Positions 38,119-46,955 of a stretch of DNA of 64,000 nucleotides are shown here, one piece after another. Position 1 is the first letter of the stretch. Every line of letters begins with the position of its first letter. The notes beneath the pieces were generated by a model. The model searched no databases. It was not told where the DNA came from and saw nothing but the letters and a program-made list of their open reading frames with translations. The position numbers and the translations under genes were made by a program. Source of the stretch: Bdellovibrionota bacterium (GTDB lineage Bacteria; Bdellovibrionota_C; UBA2361; JAFLCA01); contig JBIKUD010000003.1 of NCBI GenBank assembly GCA_044347745.1, positions 17,942 through 81,941 of the forward strand. The letters are read 5' to 3'.

Positions 38119-39270
38119 TTACGTATCAGCAGGCGTTGGTGCATCACTCACGACTGGGCTACGACTATTATCAACAACCACCTTGGCGCCGGGTCTCAAT
38201 TTAAATGCGCCAGCGGTTACTACCTCCTGATTTTCTGTGAGACCAGAAAGTACCATTACTTTGTCTCCACGGCGTTGACCGAGTCTCACTATCGTTTGAG
38301 ATATATCTCGTGGACCCTGTGCATCGGTAGATTGAACAACCCAGACGCTGTCGCCATAAGGCGCGTGCATTATGGCAGTCTGCGGAATGATAAGTGCATC
38401 TTGCGGTGCACCAATATCAATTTCTATATGGGTAAACATTCCGGGGCGTAATTCTCCGCTTTGGTTGGCGAGTGTTGCTCTCACGGCAACGGTGCGAGTT
38501 GCATTTTCAATCTGAGGATCTATGCCGGTAACCAAGCCTTCAAAAACCCGATCTGGAAATGCGTCCACGGTAACAGTAACTTTAAGTCCAAGACTCAACT
38601 GACTTAACGCGTTTTGCGGTAATGCAAAATCAGCATAGACGGGGTCGAGTGCATACAGCGGCACAAGCGGGGTTCCTGGAGAAACATATTGGCCAAGACT
38701 TACTTGACGAATGCCTAGTTTGCCGCCAAATGGAGCAAGAATCCTCTTTTTAGCAATAGTTGCGCGTAATGCCTTTTCTTCTGCCTCGGCGCGAGCAAGG
38801 GCCTCTTGGGCCGATTCAAATGATTCTTGAGAAACTGCAAGATCTTTACGCAAACGTTCGGCGCGCTCAAATGCGGTGCGTGCGCGTTTGGTGCTTGCGA
38901 TAGCGCCAACAAGCTGCGCGTCTTCAACGCTTGCATCTATTTCGAGCAAGAAATCACCCGCCTTCACGTCAGCGCCAGATTCAAAATTGATTTTAGTTAT
39001 TTTGCCCGCTACCTCGGCACTGAGCGTCGCTCCCTGAGAAGCCGTGATGCTGCCAACTGCATGCGACCTATTTTGCCAAGAGACTTTACTGACGATACTC
39101 GTGCTGACGGCCTCGGGTGGCATCACCATTGAAGAGTGCTGCGCCATGGCTGCCGAAATTTGGAAGCCTTTGACGACTGCCACGAACGCGATAACTAAGG
39201 TCACGGCTCCTGCCCCCACAAAAATTTGAAGGTTTCGGCTTTGTCGAATAATTTCAATTCTAGCTTTCAT
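38119..39270 (-). CDS. RND periplasmic adaptor (membrane fusion protein)
   Basis: The ATG at 39270 overlaps the OMF stop (ATGA). It has an N-terminal anchor, lipoyl/hairpin motifs (GDFLLEIDASVEDAQL ... ILAPFGGKLG) and a beta-barrel region. The longest ORF (39345) would overlap the OMF gene. Confidence 0.85.
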   Translation of the reverse strand: MKARIEIIRQSRNLQIFVGAGAVTLVIAFVAVVKGFQISAAMAQHSSMVMPPEAVSTSIVSKVSWQNRSHAVGSITASQGATLSAEVAGKITKINFESGADVKAGDFLLEIDASVEDAQLVGAIASTKRARTAFERAERLRKDLAVSQESFESAQEALARAEAEEKALRATIAKKRILAPFGGKLGIRQVSLGQYVSPGTPLVPLYALDPVYADFALPQNALSQLSLGLKVTVTVDAFPDRVFEGLVTGIDPQIENATRTVAVRATLANQSGELRPGMFTHIEIDIGAPQDALIIPQTAIMHAPYGDSVWVVQSTDAQGPRDISQTIVRLGQRRGDKVMVLSGLTENQEVVTAGAFKLRPGAKVVVDNSRSPVVSDAPTPADT

Positions 39271-40772
39271 ACATTTTCCTGCGCTTGAGATGTTTGTTCG
39301 GTTTGAGGGGTTGGTAGTTGCCAGCCGCCACCAAGGGCTTTGCAAAGCGTAATAAATTGCTGGGCAATTTCACCGCGAACCGCAACCGCTTGTTCCTCTG
39401 CAGAGAAGAGAGCTCGGTCAACTTCTAACTTATCAATAAAGTCGATAAGGCCCTCATGGTATTGCTGAGAAGCGAGCTGCGCGGCACGGCGATTAGCTGC
39501 AAGCAGGGTCTCAATATGCTGACGTTTGCGAATTAAATTTCGGTAGCTTGTAAGTGCCCCCTCAACTTCAGCTACTGCACTTAAGACAGCATTTTGATAG
39601 GCAGCAAGTTTTTGCCGCATGCGGGCATCGGCGGCATCAACTTTGGCCATTAAATTATGCCAAGAAAGAATTGGCCAACTAAACCCTGGTGCGATTGCAA
39701 ATACTTCACTCGGATCATTAAAGAGAGTTCCTTGGGTGGCAGATCGAAATCCAAGTTCTCCAGTGAGGCTAAACTTAGGAAAAAGTGTTCCAATTGCTAC
39801 TCCAACCCGAGCAGTGTCGGCGGCTAACGCGTGCTCAGCGACTAACAGATCTGGACGGCGCCGAAGCAATTCAGACGGTAACCCAAGTTCTGGAAGCGAA
39901 TCTGGCTGGGGGAGATCTTGAAGAATAGAGAGCTCAGATTTAAGCGACTCAGTTGATTGGCCAAGAAGAACTTCCAATTGCTGCCTACTTACGTGCTCAG
40001 CAGATTCGAGCGCCGGAATTCCGGCTTCAACCTCAGAGGCTAGAGACTTTGCCCGTAACACATCTAGTTCAGAGCTTAGTCCGGCGGAAAAGCGTTTTTC
40101 AGTTAGTGCGAGCGAGGCAGTGGCAGCTTCCAAGTTTCCACGAGCTGCCACCAGACGATGTTGGGCGGTACGTAGCGCGATATATTGGGCAGCAACTTGA
40201 CTGAGTATTGAGAGCTGAGCTCCTTGTTCGGCGGCCAATGCCGAACCAAGTTCGGCTCGTGCTGCCTCAGCATCGCGGCGAATACGCCCAAAAAGATCTA
40301 TTTCCCAACTTAATTGAGCACCTACCGAATAGCGGCTCTCGATTATTCCCCCTGGAAAAAGAGCCAAGGTGTTGCTCTCTTTCGATCTTCGGTATTCAGC
40401 CCCAAGACCGATTTCAGGATTTAAATTGGAAAGGGCCACCTGCCGCAGTGCCGCCACTTCTTCAACTTTGGCTTGGGCCTCTTTTAAGGAGAAGTTTTGG
40501 GCTCGAGCAACCTCTAGAAAGTGAAGCAGCATTGGATCTGCAAAGCGAGTAAGCCACTTCGTTTCAGGAGTTACGGGCTCAGAATTGGCTGAAATTGGTG
40601 TTTCAGGCTTGGCTTCTGCCTGAGACCAGCCCTCAGTAACAAAAGGCAACTCAGGAGCTTTAAAGTCTGGACCAATCGCGCAGGCACTAAGAGCCAAGAG
40701 GCTTACGGGCAACAGGAATCGCCTATGGGTGGAGCCAAAGAGAAACCAAAATGGTGACAATTTGAGATGCAT
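39267..40772 (-). CDS. efflux outer membrane factor lipoprotein (NodT family)
   Basis: 501 aa. The lipobox LLALSAC|AIGPDFKAPE is the classic NodT-family N-terminus, and the protein shows TolC-like helical repeats. Confidence 0.85.
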   Translation of the reverse strand: MHLKLSPFWFLFGSTHRRFLLPVSLLALSACAIGPDFKAPELPFVTEGWSQAEAKPETPISANSEPVTPETKWLTRFADPMLLHFLEVARAQNFSLKEAQAKVEEVAALRQVALSNLNPEIGLGAEYRRSKESNTLALFPGGIIESRYSVGAQLSWEIDLFGRIRRDAEAARAELGSALAAEQGAQLSILSQVAAQYIALRTAQHRLVAARGNLEAATASLALTEKRFSAGLSSELDVLRAKSLASEVEAGIPALESAEHVSRQQLEVLLGQSTESLKSELSILQDLPQPDSLPELGLPSELLRRRPDLLVAEHALAADTARVGVAIGTLFPKFSLTGELGFRSATQGTLFNDPSEVFAIAPGFSWPILSWHNLMAKVDAADARMRQKLAAYQNAVLSAVAEVEGALTSYRNLIRKRQHIETLLAANRRAAQLASQQYHEGLIDFIDKLEVDRALFSAEEQAVAVRGEIAQQFITLCKALGGGWQLPTPQTEQTSQAQENV

Positions 40773-40791
40773 CGCAGGAGCCTAGCAGAGC

Positions 40792-40829
40792 GAGGGGCCC
40801 GAGACAATGCGCGGGCCCCTCATTTTTGG
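40792..40829. other. GC-rich hairpin between the His-rich OMP gene and the efflux operon
   Basis: GAGGGGCCCG-agacaatgcg-CGGGCCCCTC, a 10-bp perfect stem. The T-run (ATTTTTGG) lies on the + strand although both flanking genes are on the - strand. Confidence 0.5.
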
Positions 40830-40863
40830 TTAAGTTTTTCAGTTAAGGTACGGGTTTCTCTGA

Positions 40864-41931
40864 CTAAAACCGAAATCCTAACGAGAATCTTACCCTAGTT
40901 TCTGGAACTAACTGGTACCCCTCAGTTTCTGTAGACACGGGAATGTCTACATTAAGGCTCGCGTTTAGGCTTGCGGCATTGAGAGCCATGGAAGGACCTA
41001 CGTATAGATTGCGGAATTCACTTGCATCTTCTTCCGCTCCAGCTTGACGATCCGACTCTTTGTGTTCTCCGCTTAGATGCAGGGCAAGCCACATCACTTG
41101 GCTTGTTGCCAAGGTAAATTGATGCCCTGCCCATAGTGAGTACAAAAGGTCATTTCCATAACGGTAGTCTGACTCGCCACTTGTGCGAATCATATACTGT
41201 GCGTCTGCGCCTAAACCCCAAGTCCCCCAGGTCTGCTGCAAGCGCACTGCAAGCGGAAAATCAAAGGAGCCAGTGCCCAAAGCGAGGTCATGCTCGTGCA
41301 CGGCAGTAAGCACACTGTGGTCTTCTCCTGCATGTCGCAGCATGGCAATTTCATGCTGATGTGCCTCTTCGCTGTCATGTTCAGCCTCAGGTGCAGCATG
41401 GTGGTCGGAGTCATTTTCTGACTCCGATTCAGAGTGGTGAGTCGCCGTCAGGCGACCTTCATCTCCTGTAGGAATTTTAATTCCCGCAGATGTAAATAAG
41501 GTTGCAGTTCCACCAGCAAATTTTCTATTGAGCAATTTAGCTTCTCCTTTAAAGCTGATGTCTCCTAAGCCAGAGTCGGAGGCTGTGCGCGTGCCTTCCC
41601 CCGCAATACGGCGATAATGCCTTGAAACAAGAGGCACAGAGGCTTCAAACGTAAGCTTTTCGGAAAGCCCATAGGCAAAAACAAAATGAGAAAGAGACGA
41701 GGTAAGACGCTCCCTTTGTTCATTTTTAACGTAGGAGTTACCTAATTCGGTTTTTTTCATCACCAGAATCTGTTGATCTAGGCGAAGCTCTGTTTGATGA
41801 GGCTTTAAGCTCGAGTTTTTGTTTCCCAAAGCCAGTGCGCATACGTCGCAGGCTACGGCAAAACTGGGTGCCAGGCTCAGCCCCATACAGAGACAAGCAA
41901 GTCTTAAAGGGGACAATATGTGGACTCTCAT
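40864..41931 (-). CDS. outer-membrane beta-barrel (MetA-pathway/transporter-like OMP) with His/Asp/Glu-rich loop
   Basis: The ATG at 41931 gives the signal peptide LACLCMGLSLAPSFAVA|CDVCA. It has GLGD and IKIPTGD motifs and ends RFSLGFRF, a terminal aromatic typical of OMPs. A ~55-aa insert carries 11 His (THHSESESENDSDHHAAPEAEHDSEEAHQHEIAMLRHAGEDHSVLTAVHEHD). Confidence 0.5.
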   Translation of the reverse strand: MRVHILSPLRLACLCMGLSLAPSFAVACDVCALALGNKNSSLKPHQTELRLDQQILVMKKTELGNSYVKNEQRERLTSSLSHFVFAYGLSEKLTFEASVPLVSRHYRRIAGEGTRTASDSGLGDISFKGEAKLLNRKFAGGTATLFTSAGIKIPTGDEGRLTATHHSESESENDSDHHAAPEAEHDSEEAHQHEIAMLRHAGEDHSVLTAVHEHDLALGTGSFDFPLAVRLQQTWGTWGLGADAQYMIRTSGESDYRYGNDLLYSLWAGHQFTLATSQVMWLALHLSGEHKESDRQAGAEEDASEFRNLYVGPSMALNAASLNASLNVDIPVSTETEGYQLVPETRVRFSLGFRF

Positions 41932-42034
41932 AGAATTGATTCTTTTTTGAGAAAACTGTTTTGTGCAGCGCAAAGGCTTCGATGTGCACAAACACCGCAA
42001 GCCTAAAGCGGACAATTAAATAAAGTGAGGAAGT

Positions 42035-42367
42035 TTAAATAGTCGGGACGGTGTGAACCGGTGGGTCTCTTGCATTTTGGCGGAAGAGAGAAGCCTTTTT
42101 CTTGGCTTGTTGGATTAAAACAAAAGATGCCGGCTCAGTTTTGTGAAGCGCCGGATTCTCAATAGACAAGACTGGTTCAAATGAGAGTAAACTGCCTAAA
42201 GTTCTTAGTTCAGCAAATGGACAGGGTGCCGACTGGCTTGTCTTTTTTTTGTCGTGACAATGGCAATGTTCGTTCGGAATTCGGGCAAGCGGTGTTGCAG
42301 ATGAAAGCACCAGGACAAAAACGCTGAGTATAATTGAACCCCAAAGTGGGGCTCGCCGAATTTCCAT
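42035..42367 (-). CDS. small hypothetical exported/anchored protein with HCHCH motif
   Basis: 110 aa. It has an N-terminal hydrophobic helix (LWGSIILSVFVLVLSSA) followed by NEHCHCHD ... APCPF. It lies directly upstream of the His-rich OMP on the same strand. Confidence 0.35.
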   Translation of the reverse strand: MEIRRAPLWGSIILSVFVLVLSSATPLARIPNEHCHCHDKKKTSQSAPCPFAELRTLGSLLSFEPVLSIENPALHKTEPASFVLIQQAKKKASLFRQNARDPPVHTVPTI

Positions 42368-42393
42368 GCAACACAGACTTTAGTTGGTTTGGT

Positions 42394-43800
42394 ATGAAAA
42401 AGTACAGTAGGGGATTATTCGTATTTCGCCGCGACTTGAGGCTTATTGACAATACAGCCCTTAGCGCAGCACTACAAAGTTGTAAGCAGGTCTATGTGGC
42501 CTTTGTGCTTGATGCGCGGCAGCTTAAGCCTCATGCCTACCGCTCGCATAATGGACTACGCTTTATGTGCGAAAGCCTTCATGAACTGGCGGAAGAGCTT
42601 CGTGCCCGCGGTAGTCAACTTTTCTGGCTAGAGGGACAGGCCGAGCGAGAGATTCCGGCATTTATGAATGCCCACCAGATTGAGGCGCTTTTTGTAAATA
42701 AAGACTACACGCCTTTTAGTCGAGAGCGAGACAAAAAAATCAGTCAGGCGGTAGAAGCGCTGGGTAAAGTTTTTCATTCTTTTTCAGATTTACTTTTGGT
42801 TGAACCTAGTCAATTTGCCAAACCCGATGGCAAGCCATACACCGTTTTTACTCCCTTTTATAAACGAGCGTTGACGCAAGAAGTGCGTACACTTTCTCCA
42901 AATCCGTTTGACGGATTAGAAAGAGGTGAAGGTTTGGTGCCAGGTAACATGCAGGACAGCGCTTTTAATTTAGAAAGCCTGTTGCCACAAAACTTAGCAG
43001 CCAACCCAAGGCAGCGTGGTGGCCGCGCTGCCGCCCTTAAATTAATTGCCGAGCTTTCTACTAAATCAAACTATAAAGAAGAACGTGATATTCCGAGTAT
43101 TAAAGGCACTACTACCTTATCGGCGCATCATAAATTTGGCACCTGTTCAATTCGAGAAGTGTATTGGGCAGCTCGCGAATTGTATGGGGCGGATTCAACT
43201 TTGGTGCGAGAGCTTTATTGGAGAGATTTTTTTACGCATATTGCCTGGCATTTTCCCAAAGTGTTTAGCGGTGCTTTTCAGCAGCAGTATGACGCGATTC
43301 AGTGGTCAGAAAACGAATCTGCATTTAAGCGCTTCTGTGAGGGGGAAACTGGTTTCCCTATTGTTGACGCCGGAATTAGAGAATTGTTAACGACCGGTTA
43401 TATGCATAACCGTGTGCGTATGATCGTGGCATCATTTTTAACAAAAGACCTGCATATATCGTGGCGCTGGGGCGAGCAATTTTTTGCAAAACATCTCATT
43501 GATTTTGATCCATCAGTGAACAACGGAAGCTGGCAGTGGGCTGCTTCCACCGGCTGCGACGCCCAGCCATATTTTCGCATTTTTAACCCGTGGCTTCAGC
43601 AAGAGCGCTTTGATCCAGATTGTGTCTATATAAAGCGCTACGTCCCCGAACTCAAAACTCTAAGCCCTAAGCAAATTCACCAGCTCGGAGAAGAGGGGGC
43701 CAGCAGGCCAGCGGGATACCCTGCTGCAATTTGTGAGCATAGTTTTGAAAAAGATAGAGCACTTGAAATGTTTGAAGCGATTGCAAAAAAGCAAATGTAA
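42394..43800 (+). CDS. phrB: deoxyribodipyrimidine photolyase (class I CPD type)
   Basis: The N-terminal FVFRRDLRLIDNTAL and the FAD-binding region TGFPIVDAGIRELLTTGYMHNRVRMIVASFLTKDL ... WQWAASTGCDAQPYFRIFNP are diagnostic. The ATG at 42394 was chosen, while the longest ORF (42334) overlaps the divergent small gene. Confidence 0.9.
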   Translation: MKKYSRGLFVFRRDLRLIDNTALSAALQSCKQVYVAFVLDARQLKPHAYRSHNGLRFMCESLHELAEELRARGSQLFWLEGQAEREIPAFMNAHQIEALFVNKDYTPFSRERDKKISQAVEALGKVFHSFSDLLLVEPSQFAKPDGKPYTVFTPFYKRALTQEVRTLSPNPFDGLERGEGLVPGNMQDSAFNLESLLPQNLAANPRQRGGRAAALKLIAELSTKSNYKEERDIPSIKGTTTLSAHHKFGTCSIREVYWAARELYGADSTLVRELYWRDFFTHIAWHFPKVFSGAFQQQYDAIQWSENESAFKRFCEGETGFPIVDAGIRELLTTGYMHNRVRMIVASFLTKDLHISWRWGEQFFAKHLIDFDPSVNNGSWQWAASTGCDAQPYFRIFNPWLQQERFDPDCVYIKRYVPELKTLSPKQIHQLGEEGASRPAGYPAAICEHSFEKDRALEMFEAIAKKQM

Positions 43801-44055
43801 ATAAGCATTCGAGTTGCAAGTACGTCAGAGGTACGCAGAGAAATATAGAACAAGCTTATCGTAAGTTTTTGTTTCAACTTTGTGAGCTTGGTTCCCCCTC
43901 GGCGGTAAAATACTTTTTCTTTGCCAGCCGTTAATCGTTTCAGTTGAGTAGTTTTTTCTTCAACGGATCTTAAGCTTCTCGGTATCTGTATCCCGCACCA
44001 GAACCAGAAGCAGTGTCTACCTTCTGACCTGATTACCCGCTTTTAACAGAAAACT

Positions 44056-45882
44056 CTAAACTTTAGAGCGAACAAGCACACCAGCAAGATCATCATAAAG
44101 AGGCTCTACAATTTCCGCCGGATCAAGACCAAAGTTGGCCCTTAGAATATATTCAGCGCCGCTGCCACATTTTTGAAGTAGCCAAGACTTATAGGGCTCA
44201 AAAGCAGTTTCGCTTGTTAATAAAATAGCGAATTTGTCGTTAAAAGAAGCGCCCTCTGTAAATCGGTTGAAATGAGCTTGGGCTGCCCCAACTTGGTCTG
44301 GTACAGCAAGAGCAAGCGCTTCCATAAATACTACAACAAATTCAGTAGAGGCCGGTTGACGGGGAGTTCCAAGAAGTTCTTGTGCAATTGCATATCCGGC
44401 ATCCCGAGTTCTTATGCCGGCATCAGTTATAAAAGCGGCAAAATCCTGCAAACTATGGCGTCCCTTAGTTATCTCAATTTCGTTTGATATTTTTTGTTCA
44501 CGTACCGTAGGTTCCTCGTTCATGACATTTGCGAGGCCTCGATGTCCTTTGGAGCGCAAAAACAAAACGGTTCGTTTAAGGGCATGTTCGCGTGAGGACT
44601 GGGTGTCAAGCCAAGCTGAAAATGTTCCGGCACTAAGCGGCAGAGCGCCTCCAGTGTTATTGAGCGCAGAGAGAGAAGCCTCGGCTTCCATGTCTAGTTG
44701 CAGCTCTCGCGCAGCAAAGGCCAGATGATACAGCGCTGTAGCTTCCTGCACTAATTCCTGTTTATATCCATGCTTTTTGAGCCACGCGGGAATGGGGAGC
44801 TGGTGGGTATCTGTTTCTGTGGCGGCCACATATGTAAATCCATCACTCCACATTACGGTGCTGCGATCTAATAACTTGGCAGTGGGCAAGTAGGCCACAA
44901 TCTTTAGGGTACGACCTTCATTATAAAACGGAAGCTCGTTAGGGGGAATGCCGTACTGAGGCAAGCCGTTTCGCACAAGCTGCTTAATAGCGGCTTCCTC
45001 TAAAGCTAAGGCGAGAAGTGGAGGGGAATTATCGGCTTGCAGACGGCGATTGCTGAGGCGTGAAATTTCTTTTGCGCCGGCACCAACATCAACATACCCA
45101 TCAGAGGCAGCGAGAATAAAAGTTTCTGAAGGAGTAAGCACCAAAAGCTGTAAGGTAGCAGAATTAAACAATCTGCCGGCGTCAATCGGGTGGATGTGAA
45201 GTGTTTCACAAAGTTCAATTTGTGCTTTGGCGAGGAGAAGTTGCAAATCGGCACTAAAGCTTGGCACCAAAATTGAGCCTAGATTTGTTTTTGGCGCATC
45301 AGGCCTTTCAATCAGTTGTAGAGCCAAATTTGCCGATGCCTGGGCCAGAAACTGTGCGCCGTAATGAGCCAGCGGAACCGAACTGACACCATCGCAAATG
45401 GCAATAACTCGATTTCCTGCCGCGCTGATTCCAGAATCAAAAATGGCATCTTGGCATGGCTGACCTTTCAGCCAATGTGAATAACTACGCAGTAGAACTG
45501 AACGGACTTCGAAAGAATCTAAATTAACGGCGACTTGATACGCTGGAGCTCTTTGAAGAACACCTCGTTGCTCGGCGTTAATAATTTCATTCGTAGCTGC
45601 TTGCCAAAAGATGCCCTCTAAGACAGCCAGTGCTTGTGCTGGGTTAAAATGAGAAACAGGGATGCGGCGTTGGCTATCTTGGTGTGCTGAAAGCGCTTGC
45701 CCAAGTTCAGTTATCAGGGTGGGAGACACCAAAGAGTTTAGCAACCCTTTTGCTGGACTCGATAAGCCTGGTGGAAAAGAAGGTTGCCCCGCTGCCGCTT
45801 CCAGATTTGGAACGTTGGGGGGCATATTTTGGCCCCCAACCATTTGCTGGCGAGAAGGCTGCTGGGGATCAGTACTGCTCAT
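44056..45882 (-). CDS. PP2C_2-like (protein phosphatase 2C-related) domain protein with long uncharacterised C-terminal half
   Basis: 608 aa. A Pro/Gln-rich N-terminus is followed by RSYSHWLKGQPCQDA ... VIAICDGVSSVPLAHYGAQFLA ... FILAASDGY, resembling the bacterial PP2C_2 family. Residues ~330-608 match nothing I recognise. Confidence 0.4.
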   Translation of the reverse strand: MSSTDPQQPSRQQMVGGQNMPPNVPNLEAAAGQPSFPPGLSSPAKGLLNSLVSPTLITELGQALSAHQDSQRRIPVSHFNPAQALAVLEGIFWQAATNEIINAEQRGVLQRAPAYQVAVNLDSFEVRSVLLRSYSHWLKGQPCQDAIFDSGISAAGNRVIAICDGVSSVPLAHYGAQFLAQASANLALQLIERPDAPKTNLGSILVPSFSADLQLLLAKAQIELCETLHIHPIDAGRLFNSATLQLLVLTPSETFILAASDGYVDVGAGAKEISRLSNRRLQADNSPPLLALALEEAAIKQLVRNGLPQYGIPPNELPFYNEGRTLKIVAYLPTAKLLDRSTVMWSDGFTYVAATETDTHQLPIPAWLKKHGYKQELVQEATALYHLAFAARELQLDMEAEASLSALNNTGGALPLSAGTFSAWLDTQSSREHALKRTVLFLRSKGHRGLANVMNEEPTVREQKISNEIEITKGRHSLQDFAAFITDAGIRTRDAGYAIAQELLGTPRQPASTEFVVVFMEALALAVPDQVGAAQAHFNRFTEGASFNDKFAILLTSETAFEPYKSWLLQKCGSGAEYILRANFGLDPAEIVEPLYDDLAGVLVRSKV

Positions 45883-45944
45883 ACTTCTAATGTTAGCAGT
45901 GTTAATGTTACTAACAAAGCAAACTCAATACATTTTTTACTAAT

Positions 45945-46610
45945 TTATAGGGATGAATCGCCCTTAGTTTTACGCCGATTGTAAGCCTGCTTCGAACGAG
46001 CACTGCGTACTGCCTTGGTCCAGCCGCCGTTTCGCATCCAGAGGCTAAGCGCTATCGTCTGCGGGTGCCGCGCCTCCAGAGCTTTAAATTCGGCCCCATG
46101 CCAGAGTCTTTTTCCACCCAGCCTGGCAACTTTGTCTTCAAGCACGGCATGGCACATTTCATGGTAGAGCACTGGTTCAACCCACTCAAAAACCTCTTGA
46201 GGTTTCAGTTCTTTGGCTATTACTACTTGGCGACTCGCTATGTGGCAGGACCCAAGTACGCGTTTTTGGCGTCTAGGGCTCCAGCGCACAATATAATTCC
46301 GTAAATGTGGCACCTGCGGAAAATATTCGGCTGCGAGCTTATTCCAGATAGTTAAGAGTATTTCATCAGACACTTTTAGAGCGGCCTTGCGTTTAGCGCG
46401 CCGATTTGAAGCTGGCGCCAGAAGCGCAGGGTTTTTCTTTTGAGATATAAGTCTCAAACCCAAAGACCTTTGAAGCGAGCGCCACAGAGATTGCATAATT
46501 TGAGCATTAATTAGACTGCCAAGTATGGTTGGACTAGCACATTTCTGCAAGATATCCCCGATATTGGTTCTTTGGCATGGGGAGGGCGGGCTGTAGGGCT
46601 CATCACGCAT
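45945..46610 (-). CDS. SprT/YgjP-like zinc metalloprotease (HExxH)
   Basis: 221 aa with RVLGSCHIASRQVVIAKEL ... LYHEMCHAVL ... WHGAEFKAL, the arrangement of SprT-like/DUF45 zincins. It lies 62 nt upstream of the PP2C-like gene on the same strand. Confidence 0.5.
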   Translation of the reverse strand: MRDEPYSPPSPCQRTNIGDILQKCASPTILGSLINAQIMQSLWRSLQRSLGLRLISQKKNPALLAPASNRRAKRKAALKVSDEILLTIWNKLAAEYFPQVPHLRNYIVRWSPRRQKRVLGSCHIASRQVVIAKELKPQEVFEWVEPVLYHEMCHAVLEDKVARLGGKRLWHGAEFKALEARHPQTIALSLWMRNGGWTKAVRSARSKQAYNRRKTKGDSSL

Positions 46611-46877
46611 CGTTAAGACCCGGCCGTTTTTTGAATTACTAATTTTTGCCCGATTTCATCGAAGGCAGAATCTTTGGTACAACCCAGTCCGCCGTTATTA
46701 GGTTTGCACGTTGCTTTCGCCACCTTCGCCAAATTAATTGATCGTTCCCATCTTCTAAGCCCGTCGGGGCAAAGCTTAAAACTTGGCGCACCGAATCATA
46801 AACAGCCTAAGATTGCCCATGTGCCGCGAAGATTAAAAGTGACGTTTGAAGCGCTGATGTAGCTGGCGATATTGATT

Positions 46878-46955
46878 CACCACGAAGACCTCAAAGACCA
46901 CTAAGGGGAAATTTACAAGGGCTCCCACTTTGTGGTCTTTGAGGTCTTCGTGGTG
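46878..46955. repeat. perfect 24-bp inverted repeat with 30-nt spacer
   Basis: CACCACGAAGACCTCAAAGACCAC (46878-46901) and its exact reverse complement GTGGTCTTTGAGGTCTTCGTGGTG (46932-46955). It lies inside a 560-bp non-coding gap. Confidence 0.85.

Noticed and set aside
35033-40772. The idea that the OMF-MFP-RND operon next to the His-rich OMP is a heavy-metal (CzcCBA-type) exporter.
   Set aside because: Permease TM4 reads VVDDAIVMLEN, the HAE-1 multidrug signature, rather than the DGA-type motif of HME-RND pumps. The same holds for the other permease (VVDDAIMVLEN).
40792-40829. GC-rich hairpin as a classical intrinsic terminator for the upstream minus-strand OMP gene.
   Set aside because: The T-tract follows the stem only on the + strand, where no gene ends. 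On the minus strand the stem is followed by GCUCUGCUAGG. It is kept as a hairpin of unknown role, possibly an attenuator or processing site.
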